A program made the translations under genes and the position numbers. From an uncultured Gammaproteobacteria bacterium (GTDB lineage: Bacteria > Patescibacteriota > Patescibacteriia > SBBC01 > CAIJZX01): a stretch of DNA of 64,000 nucleotides. The stretch lies in assembly GCA_964383765.1 (NCBI GenBank), contig CAYLHT010000003.1, positions 6,328-70,327 on the forward strand, given 5' to 3'. Shown in pieces: positions 49,657 through 60,625 of this stretch. The number at the start of each line of letters is the position of its first letter. Within the stretch, counting starts at the first letter, position 1. The notes beneath the pieces were generated by a model that was not told where the DNA came from, ran no database searches, and saw only the letters and a list, made by a program, of their open reading frames with translations.

Positions 49657-50566
49657 GTAAGCTACGGCCTGTCAGTTTCAAAAACACGTCTTCCAGTGTC
49701 GCTTGGTGCATTTGAACGTTGGTCAAATGCCAGTTGCGATCTTTGGCCAGCGTAAAGAGTGCGGGTAGGGTTTTTTCTGGCGCGGTGGTGACGATCCGAG
49801 CTGCATGGTCCTCGCCCTTGACGTCAGTCACGGCTGGCAAAGTTTTCAGGGCAGCAGCATCGGCTGGTTGATCTAGGTGGACTTCGACCGTCGTAGCGAC
49901 GTCAGCCAGCTTCAACAATTCGGCCGGCGTGCCAAAGGCAATAATCTTGGCATGATCCATGATCGCGATCCGGTCGCAGAGGACTTCCGCTTCTTCCATG
50001 TAATGGGTCGTCAGAATAATGGTCACGCCACGGGCTTTGATGGTATTAATGAGATCCCACAAATTCCGACGGGCTTGTGGATCCAAACCAGTTGTCGGTT
50101 CGTCGAGAAACACCGCTTTCGGTTTGTTCACGAGCGCCACGGCAATCGACAGGCGTTGTTTCTGACCGCCGGACAGCTCTTTGACTTTACTCTTCCATTT
50201 ATCTTCAAGTTGAACTTCACGCAGCAGCTCCATTGCGTCAACCTCCTGGCCGTATAATGCGCCAAAGGTAATCAACAACTCTTTCAAATTCAGTCCATCA
50301 AAAAACGCCGAGGATTGTAATTGCACCCCGATGATTGATTTGACCTCGCGTGGGTGCTCGGCCACGTTTTTACCATCGAGCGTGACCGTCCCGCTGGTAA
50401 TCCCCTTCAACCCTTCCACCATTTCTAAGGTGGTCGTTTTGCCCGCACCGTTCGGGCCGAGAATCCCAAAGGTTTCACCGGGGCGAACCCCAAACGAAAT
50501 TCCGTCCACGGCGGTAAAGTCGCCGTAAGTTTTCTTGAGATTTGTGGCAGTGATGAAATCAGCCAT
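49649..50566 (-). CDS. ABC transporter ATP-binding protein
   Basis: Walker A GPNGAGKTT, signature LSGGQKQRLSIA and Walker B. Confidence 0.9.
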   Translation of the reverse strand: MADFITATNLKKTYGDFTAVDGISFGVRPGETFGILGPNGAGKTTTLEMVEGLKGITSGTVTLDGKNVAEHPREVKSIIGVQLQSSAFFDGLNLKELLITFGALYGQEVDAMELLREVQLEDKWKSKVKELSGGQKQRLSIAVALVNKPKAVFLDEPTTGLDPQARRNLWDLINTIKARGVTIILTTHYMEEAEVLCDRIAIMDHAKIIAFGTPAELLKLADVATTVEVHLDQPADAAALKTLPAVTDVKGEDHAARIVTTAPEKTLPALFTLAKDRNWHLTNVQMHQATLEDVFLKLTGRSLRE

Positions 50567-50568
50567 GG

Positions 50569-50808
50569 CTATGATTTCTTCAGAATCTGGCGCAAGCCTT
50601 CCAATTTCTTGCTCAAATGGTCAGCAAATTGTTCCAGCTGCTCGGTTTTCGTAAAAGCCAGTAAGTTATGCCCCATGCCGAAGACCAGCAACTTATCGCC
50701 GGATTTCAAATTCAACGCTTTACGGGCTTCAGCCGGCACGACGACTTGGCCCTTTTCACCAATGGTGGTCGTTCCGTAGAAATGTTTGTGGCTGTGGGGG
50801 TGTGACAT
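50569..50808 (-). CDS. AbrB/MazE/SpoVT-family DNA-binding protein, translationally abutting the ABC ATPase
   Basis: Swapped-hairpin motif TIGEKGQVVVPAEARKALNLKSGDKLLV. Confidence 0.6.
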   Translation of the reverse strand: MSHPHSHKHFYGTTTIGEKGQVVVPAEARKALNLKSGDKLLVFGMGHNLLAFTKTEQLEQFADHLSKKLEGLRQILKKS

Positions 50809-50881
50809 GTGTGTGGATAACTTCCTACAAGTAGGAAATGTAGGAAACCAGTATATCGGGACGGAACTAGGCCGTCAAGAC
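50809..50881 (-). promoter_or_regulatory. Promoter (TTGACG-17-TATACT on the minus strand) overlapping a palindromic operator (TTCCTAC-AA-GTAGGAA, with an extra GTAGGAAA half-site) upstream of the AbrB-like gene
   Basis: Hexamers and the inverted/direct repeats are seen directly in the intergenic region. Confidence 0.5.
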
Positions 50882-51082
50882 TTACTGGAGGTATTGCTGG
50901 ATGTTGAGCGATTTGATGTAGGTCGGGATGACAAACGCCAGTCCTATCAGCGGCAGAATAAACAAAATCAAACCGGCGATCATCGTCCAGAGCGTAATCT
51001 TGCGCATCTGCTCAACCGAGCGGTAAATTCGATCGAGCTTCGCGTCGAGTGCATTCAAGCGTTGTTCAATGTCGTCTGGCAT
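50882..51082 (-). CDS. Small membrane protein (N-terminal coiled coil + C-terminal TM)
   Basis: 66-aa ORF. Confidence 0.35.
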   Translation of the reverse strand: MPDDIEQRLNALDAKLDRIYRSVEQMRKITLWTMIAGLILFILPLIGLAFVIPTYIKSLNIQQYLQ

Positions 51083-51132
51083 GAATTCAGTCTACGCCAA
51101 TATCCCCCACCTGACTATCTTGGCAGGTACAC

Positions 51133-51495
51133 TCAGAACCGCCAGGCCACTCCGTGGTGGTTGGCGCAGCCAGCGGTAATCGCCGACGAGTAGACGTAAT
51201 GACCGTCAGCACACACCGCGGTCGCTCCGGAGGGTTTCACGCCGCGGCGCGAGGTTCCAACTGACATAATGTTGTACACCGGTTTGTAGCTCAACACGCC
51301 CTTGGGTGTCCCCCGACTCAAATACACATATTTGTAGCGGTACACGTAATGACAGCGGTGTGTCACCGAGCTACACACTCGCACCCGGTACTTGACCCGG
51401 TAGGTCGTTGCGTTCGCCGCCTGGGGCAGACTGATGCTCACCAGTGCCAGCAATCCTCCCCAGATGGCGATGTGTCGCACAATAAAGCGTGACAT
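51133..51495 (-). CDS. Small secreted Tyr/Arg/Cys-rich protein (signal peptide)
   Basis: Start trimmed to MSRFIVRH...; hydrophobic signal, then a Y/R/C-rich domain with 4 Cys. Confidence 0.35.
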   Translation of the reverse strand: MSRFIVRHIAIWGGLLALVSISLPQAANATTYRVKYRVRVCSSVTHRCHYVYRYKYVYLSRGTPKGVLSYKPVYNIMSVGTSRRGVKPSGATAVCADGHYVYSSAITAGCANHHGVAWRF

Positions 51496-51812
51496 AGGCA
51501 GGAGGTGCAGTATACCGACCTCATCCAAACTCGCAACCCCCGGGCTTTCCCCAGGGCTGTTTATGGCCTAAAATCAAGTGCGAACTACAAAATCCGGGCA
51601 AGAGCATCTTTATCAACCCACACATATGGCTCGTGCCCAAACCTTTCATTGAGGTCAGTTTTTTGGTAGTTGTGAATCATGTAATCAATGACTCTGCTAG
51701 CATCAAGAGAATCGTCGATGTACCACCGGAAAAATCCACGTTGCCATACATTCCCAGCCGGAAGCGTGCGAGAGAATGTTCCTTTGATTGATCGCATCAA
51801 CTCCCACACCGC

Positions 51813-51834
51813 GGGTGGACTAGAAAGTCCACCC
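51813..51834. repeat. REP hairpin GGGTGGACTAGAAAGTCCACCC (inside the RAYT ORF)
   Basis: Perfect palindrome with a GGACT-AGAA-AGTCC core. Confidence 0.75.
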
Positions 51835-51864
51835 TCTCCCATAAAAATATTCCTCTCCTTGTTA

Positions 51865-51890
51865 GAGCGCGGACTTTCTAGTCCGCGCTC
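51865..51890. repeat. REP hairpin GAGCGCGGACTTTCTAGTCCGCGCTC (inverted partner, inside the RAYT ORF)
   Basis: Same core in the opposite orientation, 30 nt from the first. Confidence 0.75.
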
Positions 51891-52165
51891 AGATACAGAT
51901 GTTGTTACCAGAAGATGAACATGATCTGGCAATATGGCAAAGACCAACGGCGTAAACCCTTTTTGTAGAGATGCCATTCGAATCATAATGTTCAATCGCT
52001 CCGCTAACTTCGGATTGCCAAAAATCGGCCGACGGTTTTTCGTGACGGTAGTGATGAAATACAAATATGGAAAATCGGGGTCGGGCTGGATCATGGATGA
52101 ATGGCCGGCCAAACCACCTAACGCGGACAGTATATCGGATATTTCTTGGTTGTCAATCCTGTGCC

Positions 52166-52191
52166 GAGGGCAGACTGGAAAGTCTGCCCTC
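52166..52191. repeat. REP hairpin GAGGGCAGACTGGAAAGTCTGCCCTC
   Basis: Variant core GACTGGAAAGTC, upstream of the RAYT start. Confidence 0.7.
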
Positions 52192-52217
52192 TACCTCGTG
52201 GTGTTCCCTCTTCGATA

Positions 52218-52243
52218 GAGACCGGACTTTCTAGTCCGGTCTC
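52218..52243. repeat. REP hairpin GAGACCGGACTTTCTAGTCCGGTCTC (inverted partner)
   Basis: Same core in the opposite orientation, forming a second doublet between the RAYT and gyrB. Confidence 0.7.
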
Positions 52244-52270
52244 GGCCGCTAGGCCTGTGGAGCGGTCGGG

Positions 52271-54403
<2,133 letters not shown>

Positions 54404-54418
54404 CTAACAGATTCTGAC

Positions 54419-54447
54419 TTGACAAAATGTCATGTTTTTGCTACTTT
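54419..54447 (+). promoter_or_regulatory. sigma70-like promoter TTGACA-17-TACTTT with an AAAATGTCATGTTTT palindrome in the spacer
   Basis: Read directly; an AAGGGAG SD and the ATG at 54510 follow. Confidence 0.5.
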
Positions 54448-54509
54448 GCGACCGCTCGAATCGAAGAAAGCCCTCGACGAGCTCACCCCTAACACGAAGG
54501 GAGCGTCCG

Positions 54510-54725
54510 ATGACTCGGACACCGCAACGCAAGCAGCGTGGCGCTCCCAAGGATGGAAAGCGCAACGTCGCCGCGAAGGTTCGCAGCGAGATGGAACGTC
54601 TCCATCCGGATAGTCCAACCGGTTCAGGTCTCGCCGACCCGGCTCTCGCTAGGCTGCGACGGGTGCGGATTCGGGAGACGTTGAAACATTGGAACCGGCG
54701 GTCCCAGTGTGGACCGACCGAATGA
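54510..54725 (+). CDS. Small highly basic protein (~71 aa). It is convergent with the 454-aa gene and overlaps that gene's 3' end by ~77 nt.
   Basis: Promoter plus SD upstream; Arg/Lys-rich translation. Confidence 0.4.
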   Translation: MTRTPQRKQRGAPKDGKRNVAAKVRSEMERLHPDSPTGSGLADPALARLRRVRIRETLKHWNRRSQCGPTE

Positions 54726-56013
54726 ACCGGTCGTCCGTCAGTCGGTAGACATGCCTGGTTCGTTCATCTTTGGCCTCCTCACGCGACGCGTCGAGGAGGT
54801 CTTTTCTTTGTTCCAGGAGTCTTTCAAAGTGTCCAATCACGGCCACATACGACGCCAGAGCGGTTGACTGAGCGCTTTGCCGAGTCAGGACTTCTTGTTG
54901 ATACCGTAACTGAGCCAAAAGTTCTTCGACCAACACATATTGAAAGATTGGACCGTCGTGCCGTTCGGCTTGAGCCAGGGCGTAGAATTTTTTCATTTCT
55001 TGACGAACTGGGGTGGTGGTCGAGATGTCCTCGAAATTATGAGCGCGCATCAATCGCGTCGCTCGCAATCGGTCAATGGTCAACACGACGGGAATAAATT
55101 CCGTCCCAGACTGGAGTTTGCGGGTGCCGTAGCCTAATCGTCGAACCGGTTCATCAAAATTACGACGCAGTTTTTTGGCTTGCTCTTCTTCACGATTCGT
55201 GATGGTAAAGTCAATGCCAATTGTCACTCTTTCGGCTTGGCCCGAGGCAGTTGGTACAGAAAACTGCGCAATCATATCAACGCCCTGAGCATAGTCATCG
55301 TACTTGGTGACCGGTTCGATCGTGATATCTTCTGAACCAAACGTGTTCATCCGTTGGAGGGCGGTGGCAAAACTCACCTCTAAGTGATCGGTCAAATTTC
55401 TGAACTCGCGAGCTGACGGCGACATGGCGGCGATTCTGGCGTCGATCTTGTTCACTAGGGCCTGATCCGGTGGAGCATAGTCAACTGGAACTCCGTCTGG
55501 ACCAACGGGAGTACGTCCGCGCGTCCAGGTCGCATATCTCTGTTCACCCACCACATCAGACTCTGCCAGCGCTTGCGTAATTTCACGAAGTTCAACTGAC
55601 CCACCAGCCAACCCTAATTCAGCTTGATCATCTTCGTCCATTAAGGCATGCGCCGAGGAGAAGCGACGTTCGACATCCGCCTGCTGAGCAGCATCAATGC
55701 GGGCCCGAGAACGACCGGTCTGGGCTTGAGACTTGAGATATTTAACTAGCACCTCGCGATAACCTTCAGGCTTTTTCAGCTTTCGTTTGACCAAGGTTGG
55801 GAGGGTCTCCTGAAATTCAGCAAAACTCTTGACCTTGATACCCTCGCGATTTAGGGCTGCGGTGAGTTGATGCTCAAAGATTTCCAAGTCATCAATAGCC
55901 ATCTCATCGAAGTCTTTGGATGGACGACGTAAAAGTTCCCCTAAATTAGGTTGAGCCTCCTCACTAGCCATCTCACCTGAAGGCATGTCCAGAAGTTCTG
56001 GGTTCATAACCAC
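54649..56013 (-). CDS. Hypothetical protein (454 aa, acidic N-terminus), located between pheT and gyrB
   Basis: Long ORF abutting the pheT stop; no recognisable motifs. Confidence 0.4.
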   Translation of the reverse strand: MVMNPELLDMPSGEMASEEAQPNLGELLRRPSKDFDEMAIDDLEIFEHQLTAALNREGIKVKSFAEFQETLPTLVKRKLKKPEGYREVLVKYLKSQAQTGRSRARIDAAQQADVERRFSSAHALMDEDDQAELGLAGGSVELREITQALAESDVVGEQRYATWTRGRTPVGPDGVPVDYAPPDQALVNKIDARIAAMSPSAREFRNLTDHLEVSFATALQRMNTFGSEDITIEPVTKYDDYAQGVDMIAQFSVPTASGQAERVTIGIDFTITNREEEQAKKLRRNFDEPVRRLGYGTRKLQSGTEFIPVVLTIDRLRATRLMRAHNFEDISTTTPVRQEMKKFYALAQAERHDGPIFQYVLVEELLAQLRYQQEVLTRQSAQSTALASYVAVIGHFERLLEQRKDLLDASREEAKDERTRHVYRLTDDRFIRSVHTGTAGSNVSTSPESAPVAA

Positions 56014-58290
56014 CTAACGAATTTCCGCTCCCTGGTTCATGAGCGCATCCTTGATCTTTTGTTCGAGTTTGTCAACCTCAGCCTTGATCAGGGTGCGATC
56101 GGGGGCCTGATACACAAAGTTTACTCGGTAACTCGTGCGGCCGTCTTTCGTGAAGCGGTCAACAATCTCAAATGTGTCTAATGCTCCAATACCCAACTGC
56201 TTAATCGTGGTTGTAATGTGACCTTCATCATGGGCCCACCAAAAAGCAATGTCGCGTTTCACCGTTGGGTACTTTGATTGCTCACGATAACGAACACCAG
56301 CCGATACAAATTTTTTCGGATCCCATTCCGACATCTCGGCTTGAGCATCAGCCATCAAGGCCGCAATGTCGAACTCACATACCTCAATAGTTCGGCCGCG
56401 AGTTTTTTCTGCAAAATTTGCTTCGAATGGTTTGATAGTAAATTTCAATCGACTCTGGAACTCCTCGATTAGATTCGGTAATTGAGGTTCCGAGTGTTTA
56501 TGCGTTAGACCGATCGCAAGTTTCCATGGCTGTTGCTGGTTAACCGCGCCGGGTAACGTCGGATCGAACACGCGGCCGATTTCAAAAATTTTTGCGTCCT
56601 GGCCGGCATCGGCTTGTCGCGCCAGGACAGCAGCGATCTGCACGTAGACACCTTTGCGTAATTCGTGTTGCGTTTCGTCCAACGGATTCGCCACGTGAAA
56701 GTGCTGACCCTCTTCTTGATGTTCTGCCAGAAATGCATGCGAAATAATTTCCGTGAACCCCATCTCAACCAGAAGATTGCGAAGCTCAAGTTGAAAACGG
56801 ATTTCTTTGGGAACTTCTGTGTGTGATTCAATCGCGGGCATAGACTTCGGAAGATCTTCATATCCAATCATCCGGCCAACTTCGTCCACAATATCTTCGG
56901 GTAATGACACATCCAACCGCCATTCTGGGACTTTCACATTCCATGTCTTGGTACCGGTCATGGCAAAACCTAAGTTCGATAAAATCTTTTTGGCTTTAGC
57001 AGCTGGAACAGTTGTCCCAAGACGTTCGGAAATGTACTGGGGATCAATCACAACGGTTTTGGATTCATGTTTTGTCGATCCAGCTACAGCCGCTCCTTCC
57101 TCAAGGGTCCCGCCGCAAATTTCTGCAATTATGGCCGCGGCAGCCGCACTTGCCTGTAATGGTAAACTCGGCCACAAACCTTTTTCAAAACGTTTTGAGG
57201 CCTCAGACACCAATCCAAGTTGACGCGACGTTCGGCGAATAGAAACAGGGTTGAAGATCGCAGCTTCAAGGTAAATGTCGGTCGTGGTATCGGAAACTTC
57301 GGTGTTTTCGCCGCCCATCACCCCGGCAATCCCGACTGGCCCCTTCCCGTCGGCAATGACAATCATTTCAGCACTGAGTTTCCTGGTTTGACCATCGAGC
57401 GTTTTCAGCGTTTCACCAGTTTTCGCCGCCCGGGCAACTAAGCTGTGGCCGGAAATTTTCCTTGCATCGTAGGCATGCAGCGGCTGGCCGTATTCCAACA
57501 TCACATAATTGGCAACATCAACCACGATGTTGATCGACCGCATTCCGGCTGCTTGCAAGCGTTGGACCATCCATAGCGGCGTGGGTTTCATGGTCACTCC
57601 ACGAATTGTTCGCACGACAAAGAGTGAACAGAGTTTCTGATCATCAGTTCGAACACTGACCGATGTCAGATCTTCTTTTGGCTGCCCCCTCCTCTCCGAG
57701 GAGGGGTGTAGGGGTGGTGGAAGTTTTGGTTGCTGACTGAGGATTGCTCCAATCTCCCAGGCCAATCCCCTCACCCCCATCAAATCCGCCCGGTTGGCTG
57801 GAGTCGTCATATCGAAAACACTGTCATCAAAACCCGTGGCCTGTGCAAACGGCGTGCCAACCTTCAACTTGGGATCGAGCACCATAACCCCGCTGTGATC
57901 CATGCCCAACCCAAGTTCATCCGCCGCGCAAATCATCCCGTTCGATTCCACACCGCGAATGGCGCGCTTCTCAATCGTCAATCCATTAGGCAATTTCGTG
58001 CCAATCAGTGCCACCGCCACTTTCTGCCCGACTTCAATATTCGGCGCGCCGCACACAATTTCCAGTGGTTTGCCTTTAGGTGAAACCATGACATCGGCTA
58101 GCCGAAGTTTATCCGCATTGGGATGAGGTTTGATCGAAATAATTTCACCAACTACAACGTTGTCGAATTGAGCATCATACTCAATCACATCTTCAACATC
58201 GAGTCCGTGCATCAACAAGTGTTCCACTAGTTTCGGGACCGGTGGTAATTTGGGCAAGTAAGTTTTTAGCCAGGCGTAGGAAAGCTTCAT
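56014..58290 (-). CDS. pheT: Phenylalanyl-tRNA synthetase beta subunit carrying an in-frame palindromic insertion
   Basis: N-terminal tRNA-binding domain (…VVGEIISIKPHPNADKLRLADV…), B3/4, B5 and C-terminal domains. The insert at 57680-57735 encodes PKLPPPLHPSSERRGQPKED. Confidence 0.85.
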   Translation of the reverse strand: MKLSYAWLKTYLPKLPPVPKLVEHLLMHGLDVEDVIEYDAQFDNVVVGEIISIKPHPNADKLRLADVMVSPKGKPLEIVCGAPNIEVGQKVAVALIGTKLPNGLTIEKRAIRGVESNGMICAADELGLGMDHSGVMVLDPKLKVGTPFAQATGFDDSVFDMTTPANRADLMGVRGLAWEIGAILSQQPKLPPPLHPSSERRGQPKEDLTSVSVRTDDQKLCSLFVVRTIRGVTMKPTPLWMVQRLQAAGMRSINIVVDVANYVMLEYGQPLHAYDARKISGHSLVARAAKTGETLKTLDGQTRKLSAEMIVIADGKGPVGIAGVMGGENTEVSDTTTDIYLEAAIFNPVSIRRTSRQLGLVSEASKRFEKGLWPSLPLQASAAAAAIIAEICGGTLEEGAAVAGSTKHESKTVVIDPQYISERLGTTVPAAKAKKILSNLGFAMTGTKTWNVKVPEWRLDVSLPEDIVDEVGRMIGYEDLPKSMPAIESHTEVPKEIRFQLELRNLLVEMGFTEIISHAFLAEHQEEGQHFHVANPLDETQHELRKGVYVQIAAVLARQADAGQDAKIFEIGRVFDPTLPGAVNQQQPWKLAIGLTHKHSEPQLPNLIEEFQSRLKFTIKPFEANFAEKTRGRTIEVCEFDIAALMADAQAEMSEWDPKKFVSAGVRYREQSKYPTVKRDIAFWWAHDEGHITTTIKQLGIGALDTFEIVDRFTKDGRTSYRVNFVYQAPDRTLIKAEVDKLEQKIKDALMNQGAEIR

Positions 58291-58736
58291 ACTGCCTCAC
58301 CCTCCGGTTCTGGACCGCGGTGTGGTTTCAAACTTGTCATCACGAGATCGAGGAGTTCGTTACCAGCGTCCACATCGGCCTGGGTCATGTCTTGCTTACG
58401 ACTATGTTCTTCGCTGGTGGTGTGAAACAGCCGGTTTGAACGGGTCTGCAAGGCAGCCTGCTGTTGAGGATCTTCAACAAAACGTTCTCGAACTTGGTCC
58501 GCCAGATTCACCACATCCGTAAACCAGACCGTCCGACGTTTATTCAACAATTTTTCGTCTAGGGTTTTACGTTCCTCTTCGGGCAAGTCATCGTACGAAC
58601 CACCGGACGGTAGATGGGAGTCCGGTTGATCCGTCCAGTAGTCTTTTAGGACTTGCGCCAGATCGTACAATTGATCAGCCGAAGCTTTTTCGCCAGCGGT
58701 CTCAATCGATTGCGCGACTTCTTCGTACCGATTCAT
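58287..58736 (-). CDS. Hypothetical acidic protein, translationally coupled between pheS and pheT
   Basis: 149-aa ORF with an ATGA overlap with pheT; 1 nt after the pheS stop. Confidence 0.4.
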   Translation of the reverse strand: MNRYEEVAQSIETAGEKASADQLYDLAQVLKDYWTDQPDSHLPSGGSYDDLPEEERKTLDEKLLNKRRTVWFTDVVNLADQVRERFVEDPQQQAALQTRSNRLFHTTSEEHSRKQDMTQADVDAGNELLDLVMTSLKPHRGPEPEGEAV

Positions 58737-58737
58737 A

Positions 58738-59439
58738 CTAAAACTGTTTCAAGAAATCGAGCTTGCCGCTGTAAAACAGTCTGACGTCGGGCACGCCGTA
58801 CTCAAGTAACGCTAATCGATCAAGACCCATCCCAAAGGCAAAACCTTGCCAGTCCTTTGGATCAAGTCCCATGTTGGTGATCACGGTCGGATGGACGAGG
58901 CCAGCCCCGAGAATTTCGAGCCACTGCTTTTTGCCATTGCGTTCCCATTCCACATCCAGCTCAATCCCTGGTTCCACGAATGGAAAAAAGCTTGGTCGGA
59001 CCCGTGATTTTTTTTCGGGATAGAGTTTGTGAATGAATGCATTCAACGTCGTCACTAAATTCGCCATGGAGACGTTCTGATCAACTAAAACTCCGTCACA
59101 TTGATGGAACATCGACTCATGCGTGGCGTCGGTCGCTTCATGCCGATAGACTTTACCAATTTCAACCACCTTGAATGGCGGTTTCGCGCCGTGGGTTTTC
59201 GGCCAGCGGAGTTGGACGTTTGAGGAATGCGTTCGCAAGACCAAGTCTGGACGATCTTTGATAAAAAAGGTGTCCTGAACATCGCGGGCTGGATGATCTT
59301 TAGGAACATTCAAGCCATCGAAGTTGAACCACTGCGTTTCAAGTTCAGGATTTTGGGCGATGTCATAGCCAAAACTCCGCCAGATCTCGAGCACCCGGCG
59401 GCTGAATTGGGTCAAGGGGTGAAGGTGGCCGCGGTCCAT
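58738..59439 (-). CDS. pheS: Phenylalanyl-tRNA synthetase alpha subunit, catalytic core only (no N-terminal coiled-coil domain)
   Basis: Class II motifs (…HPARDVQDTFFI…FRHEATDATHESMFHQCDGV…GAGLVHP…GFAFGMGLDRLA). Confidence 0.8.
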   Translation of the reverse strand: MDRGHLHPLTQFSRRVLEIWRSFGYDIAQNPELETQWFNFDGLNVPKDHPARDVQDTFFIKDRPDLVLRTHSSNVQLRWPKTHGAKPPFKVVEIGKVYRHEATDATHESMFHQCDGVLVDQNVSMANLVTTLNAFIHKLYPEKKSRVRPSFFPFVEPGIELDVEWERNGKKQWLEILGAGLVHPTVITNMGLDPKDWQGFAFGMGLDRLALLEYGVPDVRLFYSGKLDFLKQF

Positions 59440-59442
59440 AGT

Positions 59443-59931
59443 TTACGAAAGCGCGTGATCGGTTCGTTTGGGTTGGTTCGATTGTCCGGCCAAGAAAAAC
59501 ACTTCGATCACGATCACCAGCAGGCTTAAACTAATTCCTGACCAAATATTCAACCAGCGCGCTCCCTGCAACATCAACCCGATGATGGCACCGCTGCTGA
59601 TCAAAGTGGCTTGCCGCAAAGCTGTGCCAACTTGTCGGAACAAGACCTGTTCTTTTTCCAGCCACATGCGCAAGAAAAACCCAATCAGTGTGATGGTACC
59701 CAGCAAACTCAGCCACAAGCTCAAGTAAAACAAAGCCAGTGCCCCAGCCCCTCCTGTTTGGGGGTCAAGCGTCATCAGCACTATGGTCCACGTTCCCCAC
59801 GACAACAAAGTCCCAACAGACAGGAAGATAATAAACCTTATCAGCGACATAGCTGGGCATGAGTATACTGATTTCTTGGCGATTTGACAACTTTTCATCT
59901 CAGGAGTAGACCGGGAGAAGAGTCCTTTCAT
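59443..59931 (-). CDS. Hypothetical membrane protein (4 TM)
   Basis: ORF with hydrophobic helices. Confidence 0.35.
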   Translation of the reverse strand: MKGLFSRSTPEMKSCQIAKKSVYSCPAMSLIRFIIFLSVGTLLSWGTWTIVLMTLDPQTGGAGALALFYLSLWLSLLGTITLIGFFLRMWLEKEQVLFRQVGTALRQATLISSGAIIGLMLQGARWLNIWSGISLSLLVIVIEVFFLAGQSNQPKRTDHALS

Positions 59932-59957
59932 AACCGATTCGAATCATCAGAGAGGGG

Positions 59958-60500
59958 GTGTTGCGGATGACGCAGATTGGTGGTATCACCGAGTTCAGAC
60001 AAGTCATCGTCAAGCCGGAAGTACTGGTCGTTCCAAGCAAGATCGGTGGTCGGCTACCAAGTGACGGGATCAGTTGGCGCGTTCCGGTCAGTCCAAACGC
60101 GCCGGGCGCCATCCTCCCCCTGCTCGACGACTACTTGCTGGGGAAACACGAGTTGCTGGAAATGTTTGTCGCGCGTGTAGCGCACGTTGCTTCGGAAGCC
60201 TTGATCAATGCCGGTCGGTACGGTCTACCGGGCAGCGAGATGCAGGTCGGATGTAAAGTTGTCGGATTTGGTGACACCCGGCGCTGCACTGTCCAGGTGT
60301 TCCACTATGTCGCCCCGACGGTTGAGGTCTTTCCGCAGGGAACTGACATCCCCGCCCCCGATCAACAAGAGGCTTTAGAGAGAGGGGGTCGAGGCCTACC
60401 GATCATGAAGCAACGCGCCGACAGCTTCGCACTCGAAGACTTGCCTGGCAACGCCAAGGAAGTTACGCTGTCGTTCGACCTGAACAGTCCTATCCGCTAG
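59958..60500 (+). CDS. Anti-sigma-factor-like serine kinase (GHKL HATPase_c_2, RsbW/SpoIIAB-like)
   Basis: C-terminal ERGGRGLPIMKQRADSFALE matches the G-box region of RsbW-type kinases; no STAS partner is seen nearby. Confidence 0.45.
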   Translation: MLRMTQIGGITEFRQVIVKPEVLVVPSKIGGRLPSDGISWRVPVSPNAPGAILPLLDDYLLGKHELLEMFVARVAHVASEALINAGRYGLPGSEMQVGCKVVGFGDTRRCTVQVFHYVAPTVEVFPQGTDIPAPDQQEALERGGRGLPIMKQRADSFALEDLPGNAKEVTLSFDLNSPIR

Positions 60501-60589
60501 GACGAGGGGTTGGCGGACATATAGCGAGAGAAGACACTCGTAAGTCATCCACAGCACTACGCCTAGCAGTAGCTCGCCAGGCGGTTTTC

Positions 60590-60619
60590 TTGACAGTCCC
60601 GCTCTACGCCTGGTACTGT
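60590..60619 (+). promoter_or_regulatory. sigma70-like promoter TTGACA-18-TACTGT upstream of the candidate ncRNA
   Basis: Same hexamer pattern as the promoters at 25030 and 54419. Confidence 0.5.
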
Positions 60620-60625
60620 GCTCGA

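Larger units (their letters stand above)
51585..52112 (-). mobile_element. REP-associated tyrosine transposase (RAYT, IS200-like HUH Y1) carrying a REP doublet in-frame within its own ORF
   Basis: HUH motif LPDHVHLLV, RAYT motif IKGTFSR...VWQRGFFRWYIDD, and C-terminal IDYMIHNY. REP hairpins lie at 51813-51834 and 51865-51890. Confidence 0.7.
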
